A program made the position numbers and the translations under genes. Under the pieces are notes generated by a model, which saw only the letters and a program-made list of their open reading frames with translations, ran no database searches and was not told the DNA's origin. A stretch of DNA of 64,000 nucleotides from a bacterium. GTDB taxonomy: Bacteria; Actinomycetota; Acidimicrobiia; Acidimicrobiales; Bin134. The DNA lies in contig JAPPAP010000023.1 in the NCBI GenBank assembly GCA_026705465.1, forward strand, positions 22,036 to 86,035. Direction: 5' to 3'. Shown in pieces: positions 1-9,748 of this stretch; positions within the stretch are counted from its first letter, which is position 1; each line of letters starts with the position of its first letter.

Positions 1-764
1 TGCATTTCGCCTGGCCGATTGAGGCCGGCGCCACCGTGCTCACGGTTGCCGACCGTGATGCCGAAGTGGATATCACGCCACTGCGCAACGTGCTGCACGA
101 CCGGGCCTTGGAGCACCGACGGGTGCGCGGAGACGACCCGGTGCGGGCCATCATCGACGAGAGCAGGCTGGGATTCGGCGTCATTGGGCTGGGTGCACTG
201 GACTACGCCGACACCATGCAGGTGATCTCGCCTCTGGTAGACGGGGTCTTATCCGAGAGCCCCATCCCAGTGGTAGTGGTTCGTCGGGCGAGAAACCTCG
301 ACCGGCCTCTGCCGGGGGCGTATAGCCGGGCGGTGGTGCCAGTTACCGGCAGCCCGGTGTCCCGGGCTGCTCAGGAGGTGGCCTTCAACCTCAGCGCCCA
401 GCTCGGCACCGAACTGCACCTCACCCACGTCAACACCATTAGGAGCGATCCCGCAGGGCTGCCGTCGCTGTTCAGCCGTCGGATGATTGCTCGTAGTGGC
501 TCCATCGTCGGCGTGCAGGTGGTCGCCCAAGCCGAGACCCTCGCCATTGAACTGGGGGCAACAACCCAGACGGTAGTCATGGACGGCACCTCGCCAGCCG
601 ATGAGATACTGAAGCTGGCGCGGGACATAGAGGCTGATCTGGTTGTCATGGGCGCAAACCTCCGCCGGGTTGGAGATCGACCGTTCCTGGGCCATCGTGT
701 AGAGCAAGTGCTCCGAGACTGCGACGCCACCGTGGTGGTGGTGCTCATCCCATTCGATCTCTAG
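1..764 (+). CDS. universal stress protein family protein (tandem USP-like halves), 5' end outside window
   Basis: Frame is open back to base 3, with no stop upstream of the GTG at 36, so the N-terminus is cut by the window edge. The C-terminal 'DLVVMGANLRRVGDRPFLGHRVEQVLRDCDATVVVV' matches the USP 'vvGsrG...lGSv..vl....cPVlvV' pattern. Confidence 0.75.
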   Translation, partial: HFAWPIEAGATVLTVADRDAEVDITPLRNVLHDRALEHRRVRGDDPVRAIIDESRLGFGVIGLGALDYADTMQVISPLVDGVLSESPIPVVVVRRARNLDRPLPGAYSRAVVPVTGSPVSRAAQEVAFNLSAQLGTELHLTHVNTIRSDPAGLPSLFSRRMIARSGSIVGVQVVAQAETLAIELGATTQTVVMDGTSPADEILKLARDIEADLVVMGANLRRVGDRPFLGHRVEQVLRDCDATVVVVLIPFDL

Positions 765-781
765 CGAGCGGGGAGTTCAGC

Positions 782-2230
782 TCAGGCAGCGCTGAGGATG
801 CTGTTCAAGTAGGGAGAGGGAGCGCGAGCCACTGACCGGTCGCCGAAGGCTCGCTGAGCAGCCCAGTGGCAGTGCAATTCGCGCTCTGCCCGGGTGATGG
901 CCACGTAGAGCAGCCGTTGCTCTTCGGCGATTTCAGCCGATGTCCGGGCCCGGCTGATCGGAACCAGGCCCTGCTCTAAGCCAGCTAAATGGACGATGGG
1001 CCATTCCAAACCCTTGGCGGCGTGGAAAGTGGCCACGTCCACCGCATCGGAACCGTTCGGCGAGCTGTCTCCGGCGTCTTCCTCGTTGCGGTGGGCGTCG
1101 ATACGGACTCGATGGGGAATCGCGGCGCGGCGCAGGGCGGCAGTCAGTTTGGCGGCCTGGGCGTTCGTGCGAGCCAGCACCGCCATCGACGACCAGGCCG
1201 TCTCGGGACCTTTGGCGTCGCGCAGAGCCCGGGCAATGGCTGCGGCTTCGTCGGTGTCATCGGCGTGGGTGGTTACCGATGGCCGAGGCCCGTCCAAATG
1301 ATGGGAAACCAGGGGCGCTGCCCCCGCAGAAAGCACGGCTCGGCCCGCGGCCAGAATCTGAGGGGTGGAGCGGTAGTTGTCCACCAGGTCGAGCACCAAA
1401 GCCCCCGAGAACCAGTCGCCGAACCGCTCGATGTAGTCGGAGTCGGCGCCGTTCCAACAGTAGATGGCCTGGTTGGGGTCGCCCACCGCGCACAGGTCGT
1501 TGCCGTCTCCCAGCCAGGCTCGCAGCAAGTCGAACTGGAGTTGGTTCACGTCTTGGAACTCGTCCACAAACAAGTGCTGGTACTTCCAGCGTCGAGCCTC
1601 GGCGTAGTCGGGGTCATCATTCAAGTCGCGCAACGCCAGAATCAGCAGGTCGTCGAAGTCCACCACCCGGCGTTTGGTCTTCTCATCTTCGTATCTCTGG
1701 TAGAGATTGCTGATGAGGGAAGGATCCAGCGCCGACCACTGGCGCAGCCGGCTGGCGGCCTCGCCATAGCGGTCGGGGGTGATGCGCCGGGCCTTGGCCC
1801 ACTCGATTTCTGTGATCGCGTCGGTTAGGTCGGTCTTGGCCAAACGCAGTCCCGCTTGTTTGTTCACCCGGTCCATCAGCCTGCGCTTATCCTGAACCAA
1901 CTCGGGAGGCCGAACCCCCCGCTCGGCCCAGCGAGTGCGCAGTTGGGCGAAGGCGGCGCGGTGGAACGTGCCCGCGTCTACCGACCGTTGCAACCCCAGG
2001 CTGGCTAGCCGGTGTCGCAGCTCATGGCCTGCCTTCCTCGTGAAGGTGAGAGCGAGCGTTCGAGCGGGATCGATGGCGCCAGCGCCAGCCTGGTAGGCGA
2101 TCCGGCGGGTGAGCACTCTCGTCTTGCCGGTCCCTGCTCCGGCGCGGATGCACAGCGGCGTTCCCGGAGTTTCCACCGCAGCCCGCTGTCGTTCGTTCAG
2201 CCCCTCCAAGAGCTCGCCCAACTTGCTCAC
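782..2230 (-). CDS. compact UvrD/REP-type SF1 DNA helicase (482 aa)
   Basis: Walker A 'AGAGTGKT', motif II 'VDEFQD', 'VATFHAAKGLEWPIV' and motif VI 'LLYVAITRAEREL'. GTG start at 2230. Confidence 0.85.
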   Translation of the reverse strand: MSKLGELLEGLNERQRAAVETPGTPLCIRAGAGTGKTRVLTRRIAYQAGAGAIDPARTLALTFTRKAGHELRHRLASLGLQRSVDAGTFHRAAFAQLRTRWAERGVRPPELVQDKRRLMDRVNKQAGLRLAKTDLTDAITEIEWAKARRITPDRYGEAASRLRQWSALDPSLISNLYQRYEDEKTKRRVVDFDDLLILALRDLNDDPDYAEARRWKYQHLFVDEFQDVNQLQFDLLRAWLGDGNDLCAVGDPNQAIYCWNGADSDYIERFGDWFSGALVLDLVDNYRSTPQILAAGRAVLSAGAAPLVSHHLDGPRPSVTTHADDTDEAAAIARALRDAKGPETAWSSMAVLARTNAQAAKLTAALRRAAIPHRVRIDAHRNEEDAGDSSPNGSDAVDVATFHAAKGLEWPIVHLAGLEQGLVPISRARTSAEIAEEQRLLYVAITRAERELHCHWAAQRAFGDRSVARAPSPYLNSILSAA

Positions 2231-2299
2231 CCCACCACGGTACCGATGCCGGTGACACTTCTATTGCGCCAGGTCAAGAGGCCACATTCTTGTGGGAGG

Positions 2300-2659
2300 A
2301 TGGCAGGGATGGTTGCGGTGTCGCAGGAGCGGTTCGAGGCATTGGTGGCGCAGGCGCTGGATGAGGTTCCCGACGATCTGGCTGAGTTCATGGAGAACGT
2401 GGCCGTGTTGGTGGAGGACGAGGGGGAGGATCCCGATATCTGGGGTCTGTACGACGGTGTGCCGCTCACCGACCGGGGCGACTACGGCGGTGGCTCCATG
2501 GTGCTGCCCGATCGCATCTACATCTACCGGCTGCCGATCTGCGAGGGGTGCGACACCGAGGCCGAGGTGGTGGAGGAAGTGCGCGTCACCGTCATCCACG
2601 AGATAGCCCATCATTTTGGCATCGAAGACGATCGCCTCGACGAGCTTGGCTGGGGCTGA
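2300..2659 (+). CDS. small zinc metallopeptidase-family protein (HExxH)
   Basis: 'VTVIHEIAHHFGIEDD' HExxH motif. The track ORF from 2012 overlaps the divergent helicase, so the start was re-picked at ATG 2300 ('MAGMVAVSQERFEALV'). Confidence 0.7.
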   Translation: MAGMVAVSQERFEALVAQALDEVPDDLAEFMENVAVLVEDEGEDPDIWGLYDGVPLTDRGDYGGGSMVLPDRIYIYRLPICEGCDTEAEVVEEVRVTVIHEIAHHFGIEDDRLDELGWG

Positions 2660-2745
2660 GCAGGTCGCGTTTGTCGAAGCTCCGGGCTGACCGGCTCAGG
2701 GAAAACGCGGGTACTGTCCCAGCGGTGAAGACCTCAGGAGGCAGC

Positions 2746-3882
2746 ATGGGACCGCTGAAGGGCATTCGTGTGGTGGAGATTGCCGGAATCGGGCCGGGGC
2801 CGTTCGCGGCCATGATGCTGGCCGATCTGGGGGCCGACGTGGTGCGGATCGACCGAGCCGACCGGGTTCGAGACGAGATACCCGATTCCCCCCATCCCGA
2901 CTTGTTGAACCGGGGTCGCCGCAGTGTGGGCGTCGACCTCAAGAACCCCGAGGGAGCCGAAGCTGTGCTCAAGCTGGTGGAGAGCGCCGACGGGCTGATC
3001 GAGGGCTTTCGTCCCGGCGTAGCCGAGCGACTGGGCATCGGCCCCGACGCCTGTCTGGCCCGTAACCCCAAACTGGTGTACGGGCGCATGACCGGGTGGG
3101 GCCAGGACGGCCCCTACGCGTCCATGGCTGGCCACGACATCAACTACATCGCACTGTCGGGTGTGCTCGGGGCCATCGGCCGGGACGGGGAGGCTCCGGT
3201 GCCCCCGGTAAATCTGGCCGGCGACTTCGGCGGGGGAGGAATGTTGCTGGCGCTCGGAATGTTGGCCGGAATGCTGGAGGCTCGGACCTCGGGCGAGGGC
3301 CAGGTCGTGGATGCATCCATGGTGGAGGGATCAGCCCTACTCATCACCATGATCTACGGCATGCACGCTATGGGAGTATGGGGGCCCCGGGGCACCAATC
3401 TGTTGGACACCGGCGCCTGGTTCTACGACGCTTACGAGTGCGCCGACGGCGAGTACATCTCGCTGGGCTCGCTGGAGCCGCAGTTCTTTGCCGAGATGGT
3501 GGAGAAGACGGGCATCGACGCCGACGGGATCGACCAGAATGACCGCGCCACTTGGCCGGAGATGCGAGCCCGGCTCGCCGCGGCCATCAAGGCCAAGACC
3601 CGGGACGAATGGTGCGAGATCCTCGACGGCTCCGATGTCTGCTTCGCGCCGGTGCTCAGCCTGGCCGAGGCGCCGGAGCATCCCCACAACATCGCCCGGG
3701 GTACGTTCGTGGAAGTGGGCGGCGCTCTCCAGCCCGGCCCCGCTCCCCGTTTCAGCCGCACCCCGGCGGAGGTCGCGCGCCCTGCCCCCAATCCCGGCCA
3801 GCACACCGCCGAGGCGTTGTCCGACTGGGGCTTCGATACCGATGAGGTGGCCCACCTGAGAGCATCGGGGGCAGTCAGGTAA
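2746..3882 (+). CDS. CoA-transferase family III protein (CaiB/BaiF; alpha-methylacyl-CoA racemase-like)
   Basis: N-terminus 'MGPLKGIRVVEIAGIGPGPFAAMMLADLGADVVRIDR' is typical of the family. ATG 2746 is preceded by AGGAGG at 2735-2740. Confidence 0.85.
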   Translation: MGPLKGIRVVEIAGIGPGPFAAMMLADLGADVVRIDRADRVRDEIPDSPHPDLLNRGRRSVGVDLKNPEGAEAVLKLVESADGLIEGFRPGVAERLGIGPDACLARNPKLVYGRMTGWGQDGPYASMAGHDINYIALSGVLGAIGRDGEAPVPPVNLAGDFGGGGMLLALGMLAGMLEARTSGEGQVVDASMVEGSALLITMIYGMHAMGVWGPRGTNLLDTGAWFYDAYECADGEYISLGSLEPQFFAEMVEKTGIDADGIDQNDRATWPEMRARLAAAIKAKTRDEWCEILDGSDVCFAPVLSLAEAPEHPHNIARGTFVEVGGALQPGPAPRFSRTPAEVARPAPNPGQHTAEALSDWGFDTDEVAHLRASGAVR

Positions 3883-4683
3883 ATGGCCACCATGGTGAAC
3901 TTCCACGCCCATCCCGACGATGAGGCCATCGCCACCTCGGGCACCATGATGAAAGCGGCCGATGAGGGCCATCGTGTGGTTCTGGTGGTAGCCACCAAAG
4001 GGGAGCAGGGCGAGGTGGACCCCGATGCGCTTAGCCCCGGCGAGACGCTGGGAGAGCGTCGAGCGGCAGAGACTCTGGACGCGGCCAAGATCATTGGCGC
4101 CCACCGGGTGGAGTTCTTGGGCTACGAGGACTCCGGCATGGCTGGCGAGGAGTCCAACAACAATCCCGCCAGCTTCTGGCAAGCCGACTTTGACGAAGCA
4201 GTGGAGCGGTTGGCCCGCATCCTGGCTGAGGAGTCCGCCGACGTGCTTACCGTGTACGACGACCACGGCGGCTACGGCCATCCCGACCACATCCAGGTTC
4301 ACCGAGTAGGGGTGGACGCTGCCCGCCGGGCCGGAGTGGAGAGAGTGTTCTACGTCACCATGAACCGCACCCAGATCCTGCGGCAGATGGCAGAGGTTGA
4401 GGCCTTTGCCGAGGCAATGGAGGAAATAGACGTCGAGCGGGCCGAGCGGTTCAGGGAGGAGGAATTCGGGACTGAGGAGGCGGATATCACCCACGCAGTG
4501 GATGTGAGCGCTTATCTGGAGCGCAAGCGGGCCGCCATGCTCGCCCACGCCAGCCAGATCACCGCTGACTCCTTCTTTGGCAGCATGACCGACGAGCAGT
4601 TCGCCGATGCGTTCGGCACCGAGTGGTTTGTGGCTCCCGGACCACCGCGCACCGGCGACTTCGCCACTGACTTGTTCAGGTGA
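3883..4683 (+). CDS. PIG-L/LmbE family N-acetylglucosaminyl deacetylase
   Basis: 'FHAHPDDEAI' and 'GHPDH' metal-binding motifs. The ATG directly follows the upstream TAA. Confidence 0.8.
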   Translation: MATMVNFHAHPDDEAIATSGTMMKAADEGHRVVLVVATKGEQGEVDPDALSPGETLGERRAAETLDAAKIIGAHRVEFLGYEDSGMAGEESNNNPASFWQADFDEAVERLARILAEESADVLTVYDDHGGYGHPDHIQVHRVGVDAARRAGVERVFYVTMNRTQILRQMAEVEAFAEAMEEIDVERAERFREEEFGTEEADITHAVDVSAYLERKRAAMLAHASQITADSFFGSMTDEQFADAFGTEWFVAPGPPRTGDFATDLFR

Positions 4684-5066
4684 GTGCAGCTTCGAGCATG
4701 TTGGCCGCGTCGTTGGCTGGCTTCCACGACTGGTTCTCCTGGGTGGTGATGCTGGCCAACGCCGCCGCCGGGGGGTGGGCTCTGGGCGCCCACTTTCGAC
4801 CGCGGTTGCGGGGCTGGCCGCTGTGGGCGTTCATCGCCGTGGCCCAGGGCACCATCTTCGCCCAGGTGATCGTGGGCGTCGTCTACGAGAACCGCTCAGG
4901 GGCCGATCCCGGTGACTTGCACCGCCTCTACGGCTTCGCGGCCATTGCCGCGGTGGCCATCGTCTACGCCTATCGCATGCAGCTCGCCCACCGCCGCGAG
5001 CTGCTCTATGCCGGAGGCAGCTTCTTTCTCGCTGGTCTAGCCATCCGGGCCATGATCCTCACCTAG
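4680..5066 (+). CDS. hypothetical integral membrane protein
   Basis: GTGA stop/start overlap with the PIG-L gene. About four hydrophobic segments ('WFSWVVMLANAAAGGWAL', 'LWAFIAVAQGTIFAQVIVGVV', 'LYGFAAIAAVAIVYAY', 'GGSFFLAGLAIRAMIL'). Confidence 0.55.
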   Translation: MSAASSMLAASLAGFHDWFSWVVMLANAAAGGWALGAHFRPRLRGWPLWAFIAVAQGTIFAQVIVGVVYENRSGADPGDLHRLYGFAAIAAVAIVYAYRMQLAHRRELLYAGGSFFLAGLAIRAMILT

Positions 5067-5080
5067 CCGAGGATCGGCGC

Positions 5081-5109
5081 TAGTGGTCCGTTTCGCAGAC
5101 GGACCACTA
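5081..5109. terminator. perfect 11-bp stem hairpin between convergent genes (bidirectional terminator candidate, no U-tract)
   Basis: tagtggtccgt (5081-5091), loop ttcgcag, acggaccacta (5099-5109). It lies between the stop at 5066 (+) and the stop at 5112 (-). Confidence 0.5.
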
Positions 5110-5111
5110 AG

Positions 5112-5348
5112 TCAGAGGTTGACGACGGGGCAGGTGAGGGTCCTGGTGATGCCGTCCACCATCTGGATCTGGCTCACCACCAGGCGGCCCAGCTGGTCCA
5201 TGGATTCAGCCTCGGCTTTGGCGATCACGTCGTAGGGGCCGGTCATGATCTCAGAGATCACCACACCATCGATCTCGCGGATGGCCTCGGCCACTTGGCG
5301 GGCCTTGTCCATTTCGGTTTGGATCAAAACATATGAGCTGACACCCAC
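5112..5348 (-). CDS. stand-alone Lrp/AsnC ligand-binding (RAM) domain protein, no HTH
   Basis: 78 aa. 'YVLIQTEMDKARQVAEAIREIDGVVISEIMTGPYDVIAKAEAESMDQLGRLVVSQIQMVDGITRTLT' has the AsnC_trans_reg beta-alpha-beta-beta-alpha-beta pattern. Confidence 0.75.
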   Translation of the reverse strand: MGVSSYVLIQTEMDKARQVAEAIREIDGVVISEIMTGPYDVIAKAEAESMDQLGRLVVSQIQMVDGITRTLTCPVVNL

Positions 5349-5440
5349 GTGACTACACCTCCGGTCGGTTGTCCCGCATCGTACTCAAAGATCGGCTTTG
5401 GTGGGATAGCAGGCTGGATGAGGCGCAAAGATGTAGGCCT

Positions 5441-7012
5441 ATGAACCGTGCTCCCGTCAATCCGTATCTTGCCGATTCCTCGTACGGCATTGCCCATGGA
5501 CGGTGCGACCAGCAGGACAACGTGCCCTGGCGGGGGCCAGAGGGTCCCACCGAGACGCTCAACGAGACGACCGACCTCCAGTACGCCTGGCTCGGTCCGT
5601 GCCATTTCGGCCATTTGATTTCGGGGCTGTATCCCGACGGCCGAAGGGTGGTGTGGAGCAACGGCCGCCAGAACATCGCAAAGCTCGACTACGAGACCCT
5701 TGAGTTGCTGGACGACCACGAGATCGTCGGCGGGGAAGGTCGCACTCCCATCGAAGACTTGGAGGTCAATTTGCTCGGCCTCGATAAGAAGGACGGCTGG
5801 GACGCCGTTGAGCACGCCATCGAGCTGTCGATGAAGTTCATGACCGGCATTGACGGGGTCTATGCGCTGCTGGACTGCGACCACACCCTGTTCTTAGGTC
5901 GCAAAGACCACGCCGTGGCTTACGTGGAGACCGATCCGTCTGACCCGGCATCGCCCATTGTGGAGCGCGACCGATGGAACAAGCCCGACCACATCGAGGG
6001 CTTCTTCGTGGGGATGAACATGACCTTCGACGGCAAGCTGGTGATGACCACCGATCACGGCTGGGTCATAGTTCTGGAGCGCGACTTCAGCGCCTATCAC
6101 GCCCTTCAGATAGCCGGCGGGGCCGAGGTCGCCGCTGATTACTGCGCTCGGCGGGCTGCGGAGCGGGGCAATACCGGCTACGGCTGGGTTCGCACCAGCA
6201 TCTGCGTTGACCAGGACAACGGCATCTACGTGTCGTCCAACGACCACCACCACAAGCTGCGTTGGACGGGCACCGAGATCACCGACGATCCTGCTCACGG
6301 CTGCTGGATGGTGCCCTATCGCAACGGCGGGGGCTACGGCTCTGGCACCACGCCCTCGCTCATGGGTTTCGGCCCCGACGAGGACAAATTCGTGGTTATC
6401 GGCGACGGCGACGAGGTGGTCAACATCACCCTGTTGTGGCGAGACGAGATCCCCGACGACTGGGAGCAGCTGCCCAACGCCCCAGACCGCCGCATCGCCG
6501 GCATCGGGCCGGCCAACATGGGCAACCCCGACCTGGCTGAGATCAAGACCGAGCAGTCGATCACCGTGTCGGGATACGGCGCCATGACGGTGAACAACGA
6601 GCCAGCCTCGATCCCTGATGGCTATCCCGCGCAGGCGGCCCGAATGCTGTGCTTCATGCTCGGCCACAAGCCCGAATACCAGCCCCACGGACTCCACAAA
6701 TACGAATGGGATCCGGCGTCCCGAGAGCTGAAGGAGGCATGGGTCAACCTCGACATCTCCTCGCCGAATTCGGTTCCCTTTGTGGCCGAGGAGAGCGGGC
6801 TGGTCTACACCTGCGGGGTTCGCGACGAGCGCTGGACGATCGAGGCCGCCGACTGGGCTACCGGAGAGTCGCGGTTCCACTACATGCTGGGTGGTTCCAA
6901 GTTCAACACCATTGGCGCGGGGGTGACTGTCGACGACGATGGCCGGCTGTTATTCGGCTCGATGTACGGCAAGACCCGCATCCTGCGAGGTCCAGGGAAG
7001 ACCCCGAGCTGA
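5441..7012 (+). CDS. hypothetical protein (523 aa), no family recognised; possibly a repeat/propeller-like fold
   Basis: Long ORF in the sense frame. Start re-picked at ATG 5441 ('MNRAPVNPYLADSSYGIAHGR'). No signal peptide or known motif recognised by eye. Confidence 0.6.
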   Translation: MNRAPVNPYLADSSYGIAHGRCDQQDNVPWRGPEGPTETLNETTDLQYAWLGPCHFGHLISGLYPDGRRVVWSNGRQNIAKLDYETLELLDDHEIVGGEGRTPIEDLEVNLLGLDKKDGWDAVEHAIELSMKFMTGIDGVYALLDCDHTLFLGRKDHAVAYVETDPSDPASPIVERDRWNKPDHIEGFFVGMNMTFDGKLVMTTDHGWVIVLERDFSAYHALQIAGGAEVAADYCARRAAERGNTGYGWVRTSICVDQDNGIYVSSNDHHHKLRWTGTEITDDPAHGCWMVPYRNGGGYGSGTTPSLMGFGPDEDKFVVIGDGDEVVNITLLWRDEIPDDWEQLPNAPDRRIAGIGPANMGNPDLAEIKTEQSITVSGYGAMTVNNEPASIPDGYPAQAARMLCFMLGHKPEYQPHGLHKYEWDPASRELKEAWVNLDISSPNSVPFVAEESGLVYTCGVRDERWTIEAADWATGESRFHYMLGGSKFNTIGAGVTVDDDGRLLFGSMYGKTRILRGPGKTPS

Positions 7013-7036
7013 GAGCGCTCCGCTAGCGTCCACATC

Positions 7037-8068
7037 ATGGCGACGGTGTTGGTGACCGGGGGAGCGGGCTACATCGGCAGTCACACTTGTGTCGCACTCA
7101 TGGAAGCTGGCTGGGAAGTCGCCGTTCTAGACAGCTTGGAGAACTCCTCGGCCGCCGCGGTTGATGCCATAGCCGAGATCACGGGCCGCCAGGCCCGTTT
7201 CGACATAGCCGATTGTCGGGACCAGTCCGTCGTGGAAAAGGTGATGACCGAAGTAAGCCCCGACGCGGTGCTGCACTTCGCGGGCCTCAAGTCGGTGCCT
7301 GACTCGGTTGCTGATCCCCTTCGGTACTACCGCCACAATCTGGAGTCGACTGCCGTGCTGCTGATGGGCATGGAGAGCTGCGGAGTGCGTCGAATCGTGT
7401 TCTCCTCATCGGCCACCGTCTATGGGCCTCCCGACGAGTTGCCGGTGTCGGAGACGGCGACAACCCGCCCGGCCAATCCCTACGGTTGGACCAAGTTGAT
7501 GATCGAGCAGATGGTCACCGACGTGGTTCGGTCTGATCCCCGCTGGTCGGCGTCGCTGCTCCGCTATTTCAATCCCGTGGGAGCCCACCCCAGCGGAATG
7601 ATCGGAGAAGACCCCGAAGGGGTGCCTGGGAATCTGATGCCTTACTTGCTCCAAGTAGCAGTGGGCCGCCGCGCCGCGCTGCCGTTGTACGGAACCGACT
7701 ATCCCACTCCCGACGGCACCGCGCGGCGCGACTACATCCACGTAATGGATTTGGCCGAGGGCCACTTGGCTGCCTTACAAGACCTGGAGTCGTCAGCCGG
7801 GCGGGTTCACACCTACAACCTGGGCACTGGCCGTGCCGCCTCAGTGCGAGAGGTGATCGCTGCTATGCGGGAGGCCACCGGTCACCCCTTGCCGTACGAG
7901 GAACTCGGCCGCCGCCCCGGCGATGTCCCCGAATTGTGGGCTGATCCCAGCAAGGCTCATTCGGAGCTGGGCTGGTCGGCTACTCGGACGCTGGCTGATA
8001 TGTGTCGAGACGGCTGGTCCTGGCAATCAAGAAATCCGCAGGGGTATAGGAGTCAGAGCATCTCCTGA
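7037..8068 (+). CDS. galE: UDP-glucose 4-epimerase
   Basis: 'VLVTGGAGYIGSH' Rossmann motif, 'YGWTK' catalytic YxxxK, and GalE-like sequence over the full length. Confidence 0.9.
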   Translation: MATVLVTGGAGYIGSHTCVALMEAGWEVAVLDSLENSSAAAVDAIAEITGRQARFDIADCRDQSVVEKVMTEVSPDAVLHFAGLKSVPDSVADPLRYYRHNLESTAVLLMGMESCGVRRIVFSSSATVYGPPDELPVSETATTRPANPYGWTKLMIEQMVTDVVRSDPRWSASLLRYFNPVGAHPSGMIGEDPEGVPGNLMPYLLQVAVGRRAALPLYGTDYPTPDGTARRDYIHVMDLAEGHLAALQDLESSAGRVHTYNLGTGRAASVREVIAAMREATGHPLPYEELGRRPGDVPELWADPSKAHSELGWSATRTLADMCRDGWSWQSRNPQGYRSQSIS

Positions 8069-8089
8069 ATACCCAATTCGGATTGACTG

Positions 8090-9748
8090 CTAGAGCATCG
8101 CCTTGATGCCCAAAGCGGCGTAATCCTGGTCCTCGAAGTTCTGGCGGAACAGGTCGCGCAACCGAACGGCCGCCTCGTCATAGGCGTCGGGATCGCTCCA
8201 GGTGTTGCGGGGATTCAAAACCTCGTCAGGGACACCCGGGCACGAGGTCGGGATTCGAAGCCCCAATAGAGGGAGCCTGACAGTGTCCACCGTGTCGAGG
8301 TCGCCGTTGAGCGCGGCATTGAGCAGGGCGCGGGTATGGGCGATGGACATGCGATCTCCCACTCCGTAGGGACCACCCGACCAGCCGGTGTTCAAGAGGA
8401 TGCACCGGGCCTGGTGGGTGTCGATGCGGTGGGCCAATAGCTCGGCATACACCGACGGCTTGTGCGACATGAACGGTGCTCCGAAGCAGGCGCTGAATGT
8501 GGCCTGGGGCTCCACCACGCCCACCTCGGTGCCGGCCAGCTTGGCGGTGAACCCCATCACGAAGTGGTACATCACCTCGTCCCGGTCGAGGATCGAAACC
8601 GGAGGCAGCACGCCGAAGGCATCGGCGGTTAACAGCACGATGGTGCGGGGGTGGGGACCCTTGGCACCCGGCGCCACGTGGGGGTTGCAGGAGAGCGGAT
8701 AGGCGAACCGGGTGTTCTCGGTGATGGAGTCGTCGGTGAGGTCGAGCTCTTGGGGGTCGGTATCGGCGAGGTCCCGGTTGGGCAGGGCGGGGACGTTCTC
8801 GATGAGGGTCCCCGTCATCGACATGGCCGCCGCGATGATGGGCTCGGCCTCCTTGTCAAGGTCGATGAGCTTGGCGTAGCAGCCGTCTTCGAAATTGGAA
8901 ACCCCTGATTCGGTCCACACGTGCTCGTCGTCGCCGATCAGGCTGCGATCGGGATCGGCCGAAAGGGTGGTCTTCCCGGTACCGGAAAGGCCGAACAGGA
9001 TGGCGCTGTTGCCGCTGTCGTCCACGTTGGCCGAGCAGTGCATGGTGAGTTGCTTGGCATCGGGAAGAACGAAGTTCATCACCGTGAACATGGTCTTCTT
9101 GACCACGCCGCAATAGTCGGCCCGCCCGAGCACCAGCCCCAGCCGGTTGCGCAAGTCCATGATGACGGCTCGGTCGGTGCGGGTTCCGTCGCGGCTGGGA
9201 TCGCACCGGAAGCTGGGGACGTTGATCATGGTCCAGCCGACGGCGTCGCGGTCGGCGTCGGCCCGTACCCCCTTGGGGAACATGATGTTGGCGAAGTAGG
9301 CGTGGGTTGCGTATTCGCTGACCAGCCGATAGGGGATGGCGAACTCCGGGTCCCAACCGCAGAACACGTCGGCTGTGTACAGGGTGGCCTGCCGTTCGTT
9401 CAGATGGGCCAGCACTCGCTCCAGGAGTCCCGAGTAGTGGTCGCTGTTCAACTGGCTGAAGTCCGACTTCCACCACACTTCGTCCACCACTTCGGGCCAC
9501 GCCACCGCGAAGGTGTCCTGCACGGGGCGGCCCGTACACGACGGATCGGAATAGAAGATCAGCGGTCCGTCGGCACCCAGCGCGGTGGCGAATGCCTTCT
9601 GGTCGTGCTCACCCCCGTCGCTGCGAGTACGACCCCGGTCTCCGGCGATCGCGGCGGCAAACAGCTCGTCTTGAGTCAGTCCGGCTCGGACGTCTACTGA
9701 ATCTAGCCCGAAGCGATTGTGGAGCTGATCGGCAACCGATCCCGTCAC
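8090..9748 (-). CDS. pckA: phosphoenolpyruvate carboxykinase (ATP)
   Basis: 'FGLSGTGKTTLSADP' kinase-1a loop, 'IGDDEHVW', 'NTGWSGGPYG'. The track ORF extends to 10084, but the conserved sequence starts at GTG 9748 ('VTGSVADQLHNRFGL'). Confidence 0.9.
   Translation of the reverse strand: MTGSVADQLHNRFGLDSVDVRAGLTQDELFAAAIAGDRGRTRSDGGEHDQKAFATALGADGPLIFYSDPSCTGRPVQDTFAVAWPEVVDEVWWKSDFSQLNSDHYSGLLERVLAHLNERQATLYTADVFCGWDPEFAIPYRLVSEYATHAYFANIMFPKGVRADADRDAVGWTMINVPSFRCDPSRDGTRTDRAVIMDLRNRLGLVLGRADYCGVVKKTMFTVMNFVLPDAKQLTMHCSANVDDSGNSAILFGLSGTGKTTLSADPDRSLIGDDEHVWTESGVSNFEDGCYAKLIDLDKEAEPIIAAAMSMTGTLIENVPALPNRDLADTDPQELDLTDDSITENTRFAYPLSCNPHVAPGAKGPHPRTIVLLTADAFGVLPPVSILDRDEVMYHFVMGFTAKLAGTEVGVVEPQATFSACFGAPFMSHKPSVYAELLAHRIDTHQARCILLNTGWSGGPYGVGDRMSIAHTRALLNAALNGDLDTVDTVRLPLLGLRIPTSCPGVPDEVLNPRNTWSDPDAYDEAAVRLRDLFRQNFEDQDYAALGIKAML

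Noticed and set aside
2012-2299. Long 5' extensions of track ORFs (2012..2659, 2548..3882, 8090..10084, 16939..18018, 19122..20027, 28920..29714, 45512..46069, 46021..47277, 50329..50769, 53456..54337, 55777..58269)
   Set aside because: The extensions overlap upstream genes, are Arg/Pro/Gly-rich, and precede the point where family-conserved N-termini and RBS-like purine tracts appear. Starts were therefore moved downstream.
782-2659. Compact UvrD-like helicase (482 aa) plus divergent HExxH protein as a Gabija-like or other helicase-based defence module
   Set aside because: No ATPase-TOPRIM (GajA-like) or other effector is adjacent. The neighbours are housekeeping-type (USP, CoA-transferase), and the pairing is divergent rather than operonic. 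Nothing in the sequence supports a defence role.
3337-4548. 403-aa minus-strand ORF antisense to the CoA-transferase and PIG-L genes
   Set aside because: Shadow ORF typical of high-GC DNA. The sequence is Gly/His/Leu/Arg/Pro-rich with no motifs, and the sense-strand genes carry clear family signatures.
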